Below the pieces are notes generated by a model that worked only from the letters and a program-made list of their open reading frames with translations, ran no database searches and was not told the origin of the DNA. From Trichinella spiralis (lineage: Eukaryota): 64,000 nt of DNA. Of this stretch, positions 26,637 to 40,889 are shown in pieces. The stretch is taken from NCBI RefSeq assembly GCF_000181795.1, contig NW_003526940.1, forward strand, positions 1,396,242 to 1,460,241, written 5' to 3'. The first letter of the stretch is position 1, and each line of letters starts with the position of its first letter. The translations under genes and the position numbers were made by a program.

Positions 26637-27583
26637 AATCTCATAACATATTCTTTTATCTTTTGTTTAATCGTGTAAGGTTTGATGGTTTTGGTGTTTT
26701 AGCTACTGATCATTTTCATTTTAGAGGAAAATAAATTTTGCATTTGTTTTGCTTTGTTCTGATTTATTGCATTTTTGTAGATCAATTTTTTTGGCATTAA
26801 CGAATGAAAATGTCGGTTTTACTTCGGATGTATATTCTCACATTGCTTAAGTATTTTGAGCTGTCTTTTGCATAAATATTTCAGATTTGTTTGTGACGAC
26901 ATCTATGCGCAGTAGATTTTAAAAAAGTAGATTTTAAATTTATGTTAAATTTGACGAAGTTGATTGTTTTGTAATAATCGAATAAATATTCTAAAAAATT
27001 TGTAAGCTACCTAACAAAGTGACATATTTTTTATCTATGTATATACTATTAAAATTGCATCTGAATTTTGATGTTTTAGCATATTCTTTCCGTTTACATT
27101 TTCAAAAAAAACATATTGTCTAGTTATGAGGGACCGAAATCTCGCTACGTCTAAGACAAATATTTAAGGCGTAATCTGAGCAGCGAGAGCTATAATTCTT
27201 TTTCATTTGAAGGGAGATGTGCTTAATGTACTAAATAATTGAAAATATAGCAGAGCGTTAATTAAATTGTTTTCTCAACATTATTTTTCATGATGATGAA
27301 GATACTAAAAGAATTTATAAAATATGCAGTACTAAACTTGCAGTGAACATAAATTTATTGTAACTGCTTATTCTCAGAATAATAATAAAAGAGCACTAGT
27401 GTTATATTAATTTTATTAGAGTTATGCAACACAATTTTTATTTAAAATATTTTTATAAAATTTGAAATTAATTTCAAAATCAGAAATTCTCAAAATAGCA
27501 GAAAGTAACTCATTACAAGTTTTAGCGAATAAATTCATAAAATCAAAAATAAATTTCAATGAATTCTAGAGTTTAAAGACATT

Positions 27584-27960
27584 TCAGTGGCAACTCTCCA
27601 CATTTATCACTATTTCAGTGAAGCGGGTAAAAATAGTTGCATCATCAATGCACACTGTCATTGCTTTTTCTTTCGCTTGACTTTTCTATAAAAAGTCTTT
27701 TGCTAGACATTAAATAAAGCAGAAAAAGTAAATGAATTAGCTGAATGATTCCAGCAAAATAATATACCTGATTACCATATCTAAATTTTTCACCTTTACT
27801 GTAAATAGTCACTTTCAAACCTTGAGCGTCTTCAGCTGAAATTTCTTGTGACACTGTTAAAGGTGGCATAAATCTTGATTCACCATCAACCAATTTTTTT
27901 GAGATTTGGTCGAGAATAAATCTGAGTATCCGGTATATCAATGGATTTTCGATATCTTGG
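27584..27960 (-). pseudogene. DNase II pseudogene fragment (copy C, H-type): exon 4 and exon 6 only
   Basis: The reverse complement matches H exon 4 (LVDGESRFMPPLTVSQEIS...YSKGEK.RYG) and H exon 6 (KSQAKEKAMTVCIDDATIFTRFTEIVINVESCH*). Exons 1-3 and 5 are absent, and exon 4 has small deletions. Confidence 0.88.
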
Positions 27961-28089
27961 CTGAAAACCGTTTGCTTTTAATAATTTCATAAAATTATCA
28001 ATAAAACAATTGGATTCTTATCCTTCTTTTTATAATTTTAAACATCTACTCAAGTTGAATTACTAGTTGTTTTCAAATGTATTTATTAT

Positions 28090-29694
28090 TTATTTAGTTC
28101 GCTATTTAACAACAGAATTTGCAAATCATCAACATTTAGCAATGGAGCTTGCAAACTGTCAACAATTAGCGTCAGCTAGATTTCACGTACAAGCAACAGT
28201 TTATGAGATGATAGAACACTTGACAGAAATTAGCATTTGTTTTTCTTTATTCTCTAAAACAAATCACCCCCCCCATGTGTCACAGAATGTCCACGAATTA
28301 TTTGAAAATACTTATACATTGGTGCAAGACGGACTGTTGTTTGAGTAAGAGGGCAGCTTTAAAGCTGTATCACGGTTTCTCCCGATTGATGATCTATACT
28401 TGCAATGAAACGGTTACAGAGGAGTAAGGAGAAAAACACGGCGGGGGTGAAACAGAACTGTCCACCAGCCATGATGCTTCAACACCTTCATCAGTGGCGG
28501 ACAAGGATTCATTAGAAGGAAGAAGATGTAAACGAGTAAAAACATTAGAGGAAGCGAAAGACGCTATCGCCATTTCAAGTCAGGTAATAAATCCCGTTGT
28601 GCCACCTCTAGCGAATGGGGATTCAGGCAGTGATGATAGCGACATTGAGTACCAACCTGACGACCTGAAGGATACATTTGACCCAGCAGTTCAGTTGGAA
28701 GTCGAAGGAGAACTTGACATGGATGAGTTTGTAGATATCAAATTGGCCCAAAAAAAAGCAGAGCTTTGTCCAAGTGGATAAAGTCAGAAGATCTGGATAT
28801 GACCTTTGTGATTGAGCGACTTCAACTGAACGAATGGCATATTTCATGAGCAGCTTAGCATCGATGAATTGATAGTACCATACGTTGTTCACCATGGGCC
28901 AAAATTGAATGACAAACCGTTTCGCTTTGGACACAAACTCTGGATGCTATGTGGGAGCGATGGTTGCCCTCATCATATGATTTTTCATCCAGAAAAAGAA
29001 TGTCAAGCTTCGAATACGCACAAGAGTTGCCACTACCATGGTTGATGCTATTCAAAAAGCTCATGAAATACCAAACATATATTATTCTTTGACAACTTCT
29101 TCAAAAGTTATCTTGTGGTCAAGTTAGCCAAATTGAGCATAAGAGTCACCGCAACGATTTGACCATATCGCATCAGTGGTGCTGCCAAAATAATGTTGCT
29201 AGACAAAGTACTGTAAGAAAAGCGAAATGCTTTCGACTGCCGCAGTGACAAAAGGTACACTTTCTTTATCGACTTGCAATAGCTATCACCTGACCATAAG
29301 AAGTAAAAAGTGGTACCGGTCTTTGTTCATCACTGCACTGACCGTGGCTGCTTGGCGTATTTGCATTTAATTTTTCAGGTTAAAACTATAATTTAATAAA
29401 AAAAAAGAAATATATTTGCAGTTCTCATTCAGTAACCTTGCATTTCCACAATGGAATTATTTTAATTTTTCAATATATCAACTAATTCTGTTTCTTTAGA
29501 ATTAAGGAACGTTTATATTATAGACACAACAGTTCTATGCAAATATTGCAATTTGCATCATTTTCATTTCGAATATTTTATAATTTAAAACATTCAAAAT
29601 TTTCAGTTTTAAGTCAAAAATTAAAATTTTAGAAATTTACAGAAATAATTTTCAAATTTTTATATTTTTTGATAATGGACAAAAGCATTTGAAA
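28090..29694 (+). mobile_element. Degenerate piggyBac-family transposon (PGBD-like transposase remnant ~28494-29360)
   Basis: Acidic N-terminus DSGSDDSDIEY.., then SIDELIVPYV..HG, KPFRFGHKLWMLCGSDG, FDNFFKSY..LAKLSIRVTATI*: piggyBac DDD motifs with stops and frameshifts. The right end abuts TTAA at 29695-29698. Boundaries approximate. Confidence 0.8.
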
Positions 29695-30286
29695 TTAATA
29701 AACTGTCAAAGCTGAATTCATGCGCTGACATGAAGGCAATATTAAAATAACATCTTTTTAGTAACATATCAGTTATTCAATTTTTAAAAATAACATAAAT
29801 GAAAGTGAAATAAGTAAATTACAGTCTCAGAGGAGAACATAGCAAGACCTTTTGCGCTTACATATAAAATAATTTTTCCCGGAACTTACTTATACAAATA
29901 CTACCCTACGGATTCTTATATAGATTTTATAAGTAATCTGTAAAAAATCAAGATTCTTGCAATAAAAATTGAATTCAAAATAAATAAGAATTACATTGTA
30001 TATAACGCAAGTACATTGAATTAGCAATAATGCGTATTGAATTATCATTATTCAACTTAATTTAACTATCAAATCAGTATTTTATTATCACTTTTATTAT
30101 CAAACAGTTTTAAAAATTAAATAATTAAATCGCTTATTTTTACCACAGAATTTTAAGAAAGGAAAAATCTTCAAAAATTTGTTCAGTTGATCAGTTTCCT
30201 GTAAATATTATTCTATAGAGTAAACATTTGAGAAGCTAATTAGCATGATTAGAATGATGCTGTCAGTTTAAACAGTGACGGAATAA

Positions 30287-32552
30287 ATGATGTTTGCATT
30301 TTTTAATGTGCTTGCACTATTTCTTTTCATTAATTTATCATATTCTCAAACGACAAAATGTCAGAATAGAGCTGGTAACGGTGTAGCAGACTGGTAAGAT
30401 TTCAAAGAATTCCTAAAAACAACAGAATATTTTGCATACGCTTTTAAAAATTTCATAAAATAAAGGCACAGGATTTGTTTATTCTTCTGCCATTTCTATT
30501 TTGAAAACAGGAATTGTACTTATTACTACTATTACACTCACACACGCACGGAAACACACATATATGCATCTTTTTATAAATTTATTTGCATTTATTTAAA
30601 AATAACTTGTTAATTATTCATGAACATTTCAATAATTAGTTTCCCTATCAGCACACTCTTTTTATTAAATTTAAAAGTTCATTATCGCACACTTTTTAAA
30701 GCTTAGGAAATAACACATATTTTTATTTTGCTATGTATGTTCTTAAATTTCAAAAAAAGTTCTGAAAAATAAATGACAGCGTATTCATTATAAATGTAGG
30801 ACCGTAGTTTATAAAGCACCAGGGCAAGCCACAGGCAAAATTATCGAAGCAACTGCTGCTGCTGGAAACTGGCAGGACGGAGCAGTTTTAATTGCTAACG
30901 ATCGAGGGCATTCGTTTGCAACGGCACTACAGCATGTGGTGGGAGACAATCAGGATGTAAAATTTCTTGCTTACAATAATGCGCCACCAGGTGTTGCCAA
31001 TGTAAAAACCAAATCAAACAGCAAAGGTTATTCAACATAATTTTAATAATTTTAGAAATCTTTTACAGCACATCAAGATTCTTTTAATGTTGCATTCATA
31101 TTGCAGGCGTAATAATACTGTCTACAACCACAGATTCTGCAGCGTGGATTGTACATACCGTACCTGGATTTCCAGCCGCAAAAACAGGCTACAGTTGGCC
31201 AGTAGCTGAGAACGCCAGAGGGCATTTACTAATTTGCTTAACAATCTCAGAATCGCAAATAAATGCAATCGGTTTGTATTTTCATTACTCAGCAAATATA
31301 TTGATTTGAGAAACTTTCCATTTTCAAACTTACTATTAAAGAACAAAATTAAATATCTATAAAATAAATATTTAATATAGGAATACCATTTCTGACAATA
31401 ATAATAATAATCAGATTTGGGAAATGAGCATCATGAACTCATCTAACTTCAAATAACATAATCATTTTTACAAATCTGTGAAAATATTTTTATTGCTAAA
31501 GATATTAATTTTATTTTTACAAAATTTTCATGGTAGAGCTGTATGAAAATAACCACCACTTTTCAATTTCGAAATTCTAGATCTCGTCCATTAATAGTGG
31601 TATGATTCATAATTTTCTTTAGCTGCATCATTACTACTTGTTCAACCACTTATACATTATAACGATATTCCTAAGACAGAAACTGCAGCAATGCCATACT
31701 TCAATAAATTGGCAGAAGGAAAAATTTCTACTCTTCCGCCATTCACATCAAGACAAACAATCCGCACTCAAGATGCTAATCCAGTTACAGTTCACATTTA
31801 CAGTAAATCAAAGTCATCTAAATATGGTGAGAATGAACTGTATTTCAGTTGCTATTTTTGGAGCAAATCAACATTTTTTAAAGTATAATTATTGTGAAAA
31901 AGGATAATACACTATTAATTTTATTAGTTCAACAATGAATACTAAATGAAATTTTCAGCTTTGCTCATCATGTGTAAAATGAACAGCTGTAAATGCTGTA
32001 ATTTTTGCAAAATCCAAAATAAGCTTTACTAATTAAGTTCCAAATTCTATAATTCACCTTTAAAATATTTTAAGCAGAACGAACGATACTTCATTAATTT
32101 GGAATGTAATCATATGAAATTTAGTTTATGTAGGAAATTATGATTAATTATGGTGAATTTTTAGAAATTTACAAAAAAGTGATTGTAAAAGTTTTGAAAA
32201 AAACGATCAAGGTATGGTCAAGAAGAGACAATATTCTGAAAGGGGATTGCAGAGGTTTGCAAAGGCACATTCGTTTAATCAAAAGTCCAGCTGTTGTTGT
32301 TGATCATAACACCAATCTCGAAGCAGATATTACAAACTGGGCAGTTTCAGATCCTGGAAATATATTTTGTCATATTGACAAGCCATATTTTGTAAGTTCA
32401 TATGCATTAGATATCATTTTAATTTTTCAATTTTTTCTATAATTTAGAAAAATCAAACCAGAGAACCAGCGATGGCAATTTGCATTGACAACATTAATAT
32501 ATTTACTCGATTTGATGCAATCGCTGCTCAACTTGAGGATTGTCCAAAATAA
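30287..32552 (+). CDS. DNASE2: Secreted DNase II-family protein, copy D
   Basis: Exon 1 reads MMFAFFNVLALFLFINLSYSQTTKCQNRAGNGVADW. Six exons colinear with A. Ends LEDCPK* at 32552. Confidence 0.92.
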
Positions 32553-34856
32553 ATTTTCATAATATTTTCCCACTTTAATATTTTGTTAAAGCAAGTTGCA
32601 CTGATGAATCAGATACTTACGCGTTAGATTATATCAGTCAGAATTTTGTTCTTTTTATCAAAAAGTTCATGATTACCATGGAAATGATAATGGAAAAGCC
32701 AATTGAAGCAGCGGGTTTGGATTTGTTTTATTGAAGAAATTTCTTTCATAATTGTTTTTCCCTTTTTTACTTCAGCAATGTGCTGCAAATTGAAATAATT
32801 TTGAAACTCATTGATTAGTTTCAATTTAATTAATTTTTGTCCCTTTTTTTTATAAACAGAAAAAATCCAGAAATCTGAGACGAGAACTAGTCTTATTCCA
32901 AAAATGTTAAGATTTTACTACGTCCAACGGTTTTAATTTTTTTGAGAAGTAAATTATGAGGAATAATAATTTGTAAAACGCTAAATACATAATTTGCATT
33001 GAAAGTGTATTGCCAGTTATAATTTTCCATATTTTATCGGTTTTCTTTAGCTTGTAAAGTACAATTTAAACTTCGTTATTGTTATCTTCCTGTTACATCG
33101 ATATAATATGTGACTATGGTTTTCAAATCATATGAATTTTAAATGTAGGAGATGTCTGTGTACATCATATAAGCATATTGCATGGTGATCTTTGTAATTA
33201 TTTAGCAATATGTTTATATAATAATTATTTTCTACAATGGATTAATTTCAGATTTAGTGTGAATTTCTTTAACAAAAACAATAAGTTTGAAAGAACTACA
33301 GTTGATACATGTATTCGTACATGAATACGAATGAAATGCGCAAGTAGCAATCTAAAGCATGTGCATTGATAAAATCTCAGTCACAGTTTTCATTTTTATT
33401 TTTGTTAATTTCACAATAAACAAGACTTATTTTTATTGAAATAAACGTAATGATCACGCGTACGTATTGTCTATTTAAATAATTTGATAAGGACAACGCA
33501 ATCGCTCAAATGAGAATAGAAAGTAAATATTAACTAATTTGCTTTTAACAGCAAATATTTGTAAACATCATCAACCAATGGGGATATATAATTATCCAAA
33601 ACTCCATAATTAATTTTGAAATTTAGTCAGGATACTGAAAGATTTTTTACAATTCTTAGCTCATCAGCTTCTTAGTTAAATGCAGCGGTCTGAATAAGAT
33701 CAAAGAAAAATAAAAAAGAGAAGCATGATATTTCTAATTTTCTCTTTATTTGGCATCTTTTATGGGCGCAGGTTCTTCAATTTAATGATATACAACAATG
33801 AACAACCCAATTACAGAATTTTATAGAAACTTTTTTACAGCAAAACCTATAATTGAAATCCCTGTGCAAGGTAAGCTGCTTTAATTTCATTGTCAGTAAA
33901 TTACTTCTTCTGATCACATATCCATATATGTACACGGTTATTCATCAATATGACCACTTTTCAAATGGATTAAATAATTTAATACGTTACAAATTTTATG
34001 CTTATTTACTGCCTATGATTTATTTTTGATAATGGCACTACCAAATTCATAATTTCAAATCAAAATTTAGGGCGTTTACTTTAAAAACCTCTCACAAAAT
34101 AAGCTCAAATTTTGATAACAGAACAAATGCATTTTTCCTTTTTTTATTTTCATTGCTTGTTTAATTATTTTGATTAATTTATTTAGATGTATTTATTTAA
34201 ATAAAATAACATTCTCAGGCAATCACTCGGATATTCTAAATTTTCAGCAATAACTGCACTGTATGTCACAACCAACCGCATTTTGCTATTATTTGTTTGT
34301 ACCAAAAGCGCTATTATTTACTATACTTCCCACGCAATAAAAAATGAGATATTTGCACCTCAGACCTTTTAATTAAAGCGATAATTCAGTAAAAAATAAA
34401 TATATCAGCAGTTTTTATTTAACAACCTTGCTTTTCTAGAATAAAATTATTTAATTTTTCAGTAACTTTTGTACTTAAATATAAAATAAATCTTTCTGTG
34501 CATACTTGCACAATGTCATAAATAACGTAGCAAAAATAAAAATCTTGCAATAAAAATGAAAGCGAAATAAGAATTACATTGTGCATAACACAAGTATTTT
34601 CTATAATACATATTAAATTATCACTATTCAATTTAATTAAATTATTGAATAATTATTTTATTATTATTATTAAGTAATTTTAAAAAATTAACAAATAAAT
34701 TGCTTATTGTTATCATAAAATTTTAAGAAAAGATTGAATTTCAAAAATTTGTTGAACTAATGAATTTTCTATAAATATTGATCAATGGAATAAACATTTG
34801 AGAAGCCAAATGGCATGTTTAGAATGATGTTCACAGTTTAATCAGCGACGGCGTAA

Positions 34857-37800
34857 ATGATGCTTGCATTTTTTAATGTGCTCGCACTATTTTTTTTCAT
34901 TAATTTAACGTATTCTCAAACTACAAAATGTCAGAATAGAGCTGGAGGTGGTGAAGCAGACTGGTAAGGTTTCAAGGAAGCCCTGAAAGCGCAAAGTGAT
35001 TTATATCTGTTTTTGAATATCCTATAATAGGAAAGCACATTCTTCGAATATTGTCCTGTCATTTACAAACAGAAAATAATAATTCCGCACATTATGCATA
35101 TATTTATCTATATTTATTTAAATTGATATGTATATATATATATATATATATATATTCGTTTATATTCATTTAACTTAAATTTGCAACGAATGGTGATGAA
35201 TTCAACACTATGTAAAGTCCCCCAGAATTTTTTCATTATTTCAAGACTGCTCATTGTTCATTAAAAAATACTGCAGAGTAAAACATAATTTTTTGTGGAT
35301 AAGTAAGATCATAAGTAATGAAAATTATTCAAGAGAACTTGTAATAAATCAATTGGAAGTTTTCATAATGAATTTAGGGCCATACTATACAAAGCACCTG
35401 GGCAAGCTACAGGAAAAATTATCGAAGCAACTGATGCTGCTAGGGACTGGCAGGACGGAGCACAGCCATTAAACAACAACGCACAGCATTCATTTGCAAC
35501 AGCACTACAGCACGTGGTGGGAGATAATCCTAATGTAAAATTTCTTGCGTACAACAATGCGCCGCCGGGTGTTCCCAGTATAAAAACCAAATCGAACAGC
35601 AAAGGTTACTAAATATATTTAAAATAATTTTAAAAATCTTTGATGGCATATCAAGATTTTGTCATGTTGCATTCATATTGCAGGTATAATAATTTTATCT
35701 ATTGCTCCTGGTACAGATTCAGCAGCATGGATTGTACATACCGTACCTGGATTTCCAGCCGCAAAAACAGGCTACAATTGGCCATTAGCTGAGAACGCCA
35801 GAGGGCATTTACTAATTTGCTTAACAATCTCAGAATCACAAATAAATGCTATCGGTTTGTATTTTCATTACTCAGCCAATATATTGATATGGGAAACTTT
35901 CCATCTTCAAACTTAGCATTAAAGAACAAAATTAAATATCTATAAAATAAATATTTAATATATGAATACCATTTCTGATAATAATAATAATAATCAGATT
36001 TGGGAAATGAGCATCATGAACTCATCTAACTTCAAATAACATAATCATTTTTACAAATCTGTGAAAATATTTTTATTGCTATAGATATTAATTTTATTTT
36101 TACAAAATTTCATGGTACAGCCATATGAAGGTAATCATCAATTTTCAATTTTGAAATTGTACATCTCATCCATAAATAGTGCTATGATTTATAATTTTCT
36201 TTTTGTTCTTTAGCTGCATCATTGCTACTCGTTCAACCTATGGTACATTACAATGATATCCCTGAAACAGAGACTGCAGCAATGCCATACTTCAATAAAT
36301 TGGCAGAAGGAAAAATTCCCACTCTTCCGCCATTTACATCAAGACAGACAATCCGTACACAAAGTGGTGCAGCTGCTGTAACCGTTCATATTTACAGTAA
36401 ATCAGAGACATCTAAATATGGTGAGTATGAGCTGATTTTCCGTTGTTCTTTTAGAACAGTGTTTCCCAAACTTTTTCAGGCTATCGTCCCCTTGAGTGAC
36501 ATATATTTTTCAAACGCCCCCCTAAATTATTGTCAAAAAATAATGAAGTTTTAAACAGACTATTTATTCAAATCGGGTCTTCTTTCAAAAATAATCATAT
36601 AGTGAGAAAATAATTAATGTGATGGATGGGGTTGGTGCATTGCAACTAATCTGTCTACATTGAGTTCAATGTTGGTAAGGAACAGTCGTAAATCACCACG
36701 TTTGTCGATTTGCAGTCGGTTTCTTTTCTTTGTTAGAAAATCAGTGACCACACTTAAGTCACGCTCAACTAAATAGGAAGATGGGAAGGCAAGTAGGAAC
36801 TTTCTTACCATTCTCCATATACCGGGATAGAGGTCCGATATTTGTTTTTGTAATCAGAAAGAATGATATCCGTTTTTAAACTTCGGCTTTAACTCTTCAT
36901 TGGTTTGCAAATCAATTAATTACTCTTCTAATTCCATTTCGATCTCGTCAGTGTTTGAAAAGGCAAAGCGAAGAAGATGAAGAAACCACATTTCACATTA
37001 AGCACAAAATGATTAATCAATATTCTTAAATATCAATATAAATACAGAACATAAAACATTGTGTTCAAGCGCCCCCCTCCAATGTGCTCCGTTATTTACC
37101 AGCGTTCCCCAAGTGCCCCCCCCCTACTTCCCACCGCCCCCAAAGGGGCGATTTCGCCCACTTTGGGAATCATTGTTTTAGAAGATAGTAATCATGAGTA
37201 TTAAAAAATATCTGTGGTGAAAATGAATAATCGACTATTGATTTTAGTAGTTCAACAATGAATAATCAATGAAATTTTCAGTTTTCCTCATCAGGTATTC
37301 AATGAATAACGTTCAATGCCGTAATTTTTGCAAAGTTCAAAATAAGCTTTGTTAATTGAAAATTTCAAATGTCATAATTTAAATTAAAAATATTTTAAGC
37401 AAAATAGGAACTTCATTTATTTGGAATGTGATCATATGAAACTTAGTTTATGTAGAAAATTATCATTAATTACAGTGAATGTTTAGAAATTTACAAAAAA
37501 GTGATTGTAAAAGTTTTGAAAAAAACAATCAAGGTGTGGTCAAGAAGAGACAGCAAAGTGAAAGGGGATTGCAGAGGTTCTCAAAGACACATTCGTTTAA
37601 TCAAAAGCCCAGCTGCCATTAACGGTCATAACACGAATCTTGAATCAGACATCACTAACTGGGCAGTTTCAGATCCTGGAAATATATTTTGCCATATTGA
37701 CAAGCCATATCTTGTAAGTCTATATGCATTGGATATCATTTCAATTTTTCAATTTTTTCTGTAATTTAGAAAAATCAAACCAGAGAACCAGCGATGGCAG

Positions 37801-37874
37801 TTTGCATTGACAACATTAATATATTTACTCGATTTGATGCTATCGCTGCTCAACTTGAAGATTGTCCAAAATAA
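34857..37874 (+). CDS. DNASE2: Secreted DNase II-family protein, copy E (hAT insertion in intron 4)
   Basis: Exon 1 reads MMLAFFNVLALFFFINLTYSQTTKCQNRAGGGEADW. Exons are colinear with A and splice sites are intact. Ends LEDCPK* at 37874. Confidence 0.9.
36457..37175 (-). mobile_element. Non-autonomous hAT/Buster (SCAND3/ZBED-like) DNA transposon, 719 bp
   Basis: TIRs CAGTGTTTCCCAAA / TTTGGGAATCATTG. Perfect 8-bp TSD TTTTAGAA (36449-36456, 37176-37183) with central TA. Minus-strand transposase C-terminus LLAFPSSYLVERDLS...KKRNRLQIDKRGDLRLFLTNIE...HQPHPSH*. Confidence 0.93.
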
Positions 37875-39409
37875 AATTTCATAATTTTCCCATTTGGTTT
37901 TCATGGTTCTACGATGGTTTTCAAGACAAAGAATGCAAGAAAACATTGTAAAAAACTCTTCAGCAATTTCAAAATGTAAAAGTTTTATAAATTTTTGCAG
38001 TAAAAGTAACATGCTTCTTTTCTCGCTGATGAAATAATGACAAATGACATGGAAGATTCTTTGTTAAGAGCATCTCAACGAAGGTTGGAAAAAACAATGA
38101 AAACATTAAGTAACTCTAAATTTGAAGCAGGTTTTGATTATTAAGTGATTTGTGTATTGCAAAAGTGTTCTTAACATATTAACTGCAGGAATTCATAAAT
38201 TAACAAAAAGTAAAATTCATGATTTGCCATCATTTGCATTTTAGGAAAGAATTTACACAAAGAGGACAAAAATTGATGTAGATCTTGATTTATAGCAATT
38301 TAATCTCACTAGATATGGCGAGCAAGAGATTTTTAAGTGTTTTGACATTCTTTTATAGGAATCTTTTACTTCATGATTTTAAATGTTGCTGATTCCTGCG
38401 ATATATAATGGCAGCAATATAGATGAATGTGAATTATGAATTGTAACAATAATTTTAGCAGAAAATGTGATTTATGTTATTTTGGACTTTTCATTTTCTT
38501 ACGGACGGCTTTTTCCAACTGCTCGACGAATTTCCGCAAGTTTCAAATGATATTTTGGCAAAGCATTCTCTTTATTCATACTGGCAGTGAGGCCATCGAG
38601 AATTTCTAAGTAAAAATCAGTCTTGTTACAGGAGTGGTCATTTGGCATTTTGGAGAAGACTGTTTACAGACTTCCTAACAACACTGTTTACCATGTGGTC
38701 TGTGAAAACCTCCTGGAAAAAGCTATTATTAAAGGCACCATAAAACTGGCAGTGTGAGTTCTGCACTAGTATACTGATTAAAGCAGCTTTTTTGCTGTAT
38801 TCATATTTTCATTGCAGTCTTGGGTACCTTTTTCTAAATAAAATTGCACCACTGGTGTCTTTTAGAAGTGATAAATCAATGGAGGAAGCAATTGATACGG
38901 CTGACAATCAAGGACACCAGTAATCAAGGAAATGGCAATGAACAAACTATTATGAGTTATGCATTACAGTTGAAATGTAAAATAGATAAACTTTATTTTT
39001 TGGGTTAACATTTTTCATTTTTTGTCACAAATTTTTTGCTGACGACATACAATTTTGATCAATTTTCTTGAATTGATTTGCCCACATTTGACTTGTTTTT
39101 TAACATCATGAAACATGCATTAATCATGAATTAAATTTATATTTCAGAAGTGCAACGCAGAAAAAGAATATACCGTTTCTATATAAAGTAAAAAGTCCTC
39201 TTCAATGCATATTTATACATAAGTCCTGTGGGAAGTACTGCAAGCATAAAAATATTTCAGCATTGTTGAAAACAAAAGCCATAATGAAGCTGCCTATTGT
39301 TAGCTCCATATTCAGCATAGTATAATAGGAGTAATGTTGTTCTACGTGGAAGTTTAGACGAAATGTAATGTAATTGAAGAGAAGTTACAGTTCTATCCAA
39401 TTGTATAGA

Positions 39410-40810
39410 AATCTCGTACAGCTCTGCAGCGCTAATTGGGCATACTATTCAAGAATATCAAACTGGAAAATTGCGACAAAGTAGACCTGCAGGAAAGGAC
39501 ATCTGTCACTGAATCTCAGAAAAATGCTGCAGATTGGCATTTTTCTAGCTCAAATTATTACACGAATTAAAGAAACATTCATAATTTCAATGATTCCATG
39601 AAATTAAAGATTTAATTTAAAATTCCGTTACTTATTATAGAGTTTAATCAAGAAAATTTTATCTACTGATTTATCTGCACTTATTAAAGTAATCTTTACC
39701 CCATTGAATCTAACTGACACTTCCATTTTAAGAAGTTGAGAAATTTTACTGAAATATTTAATGGCAAAGTTGTATAGAACTAACCTACATATTCTGATTT
39801 GAAAATTTTCTGGTTCTAATCATCTAATAATAGTAATATTACTTAAAATTTTCTTTCTTCTTATCCTTATTTCATTAGCTGCCTCATTATTGCTCGTCAA
39901 GCTGTGGTGCATTATAATGATGTTCCTGAAAAAGAAACTGCACCAATGCAATACTTCAATAAACTGGAATTTAGAGTAATTCCTACTTTTCCACTGTTTG
40001 CATCAAAACGATCAATTCGTAATTCAAATGTAGCAAGTTCTGTAATAGTTCATATATATATAGCAAATCACAGATATCTACACATACGGAGATGAGCTGC
40101 TTCATGAATTCAATTATTCTCTGTGAAGATTTTGATTAATCAGATCAAAGGAATTTTTTATTTATTTAATTTAAAAATAATGCACTAACAATTTGATCAG
40201 ATCAAAAATGAATGGGTTTTTGCACCTTATGTTTCAAAGCAATAACTTTTAATGTTATACTTTTTGTAAAGCTCAAAATAACCTTCACAAATTAAAATTT
40301 AAAATATTAAAGTTTTATTTACTTTGGAAAAAATGTGAACTTCATTAGTTTGAAATATAATCAGATGGAATATTCTGGCAGACTAATAGTGATTAATTAA
40401 TTTCTATCTTTAGAACTTTACAAAAAAATTATTTCAAAGTTTTGAGAAAAGCGCTAAAAGTGTCAACTGCAAATAACTAAAATACAAGAAAAATAAATAA
40501 GCTGAAAATAAATTGCAGGGCTATTAAAAGATGCAATCTTCTAATCAAAAACCCACCTTCCGTTACTGATCTTGACACTGATCTTAAAGCGTATATCACA
40601 AAGTGGGCAGTTTCAGAACTTGGGAATATTTCCTCATAAGGACAATCCATATTTTGATAGTTTATAAGCATTTGTGATTATCTGAAGAAAGGCTTTTTGT
40701 ATAACTTATAAAAATCAAACAAGAGAATCAGCAGTAACAGTCTGTATCAAAAGAATGGTTTATTTACTAGATTTAATGAGATTGCTACACAACTTGAAAC
40801 TTGCCTACTA
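39410..40810 (+). pseudogene. Decayed DNase II pseudogene (psi1), exon 3-6 remnants
   Basis: Remnant SAALIGHT (~WIVHT); exon 4 ASLLLVKLWCIIM/VHYNDVPEKETAPMQYFNKL with a frameshift; exon 5 DTDLKAYITKWAVSELGNI with stops; exon 6 ..FTRFNEIATQLETC. Confidence 0.8.
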
Positions 40811-40889
40811 AAATATCTACTCATTTTATTTTTGTTCAGAATGAAAAATATCAATGCATTTGATATTTCTGCATTTGATTGTATTAGTC

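Noticed and set aside
28060..28085. tttcaaatg as a possible left TIR matching the piggyBac right end
   Set aside because: This stretch aligns with intron 3 of gene H, so it belongs to pseudogene C.
35127..35154. (TA)n tracts (also ~10219-10235 and ~24139-24180)
   Set aside because: Ordinary microsatellites in AT-rich introns and intergenic DNA.
38440..38980. Coding-like, slightly GC-richer patch after gene E
   Set aside because: No sustained frame or recognisable motif; possibly a TE relic but unsupported.
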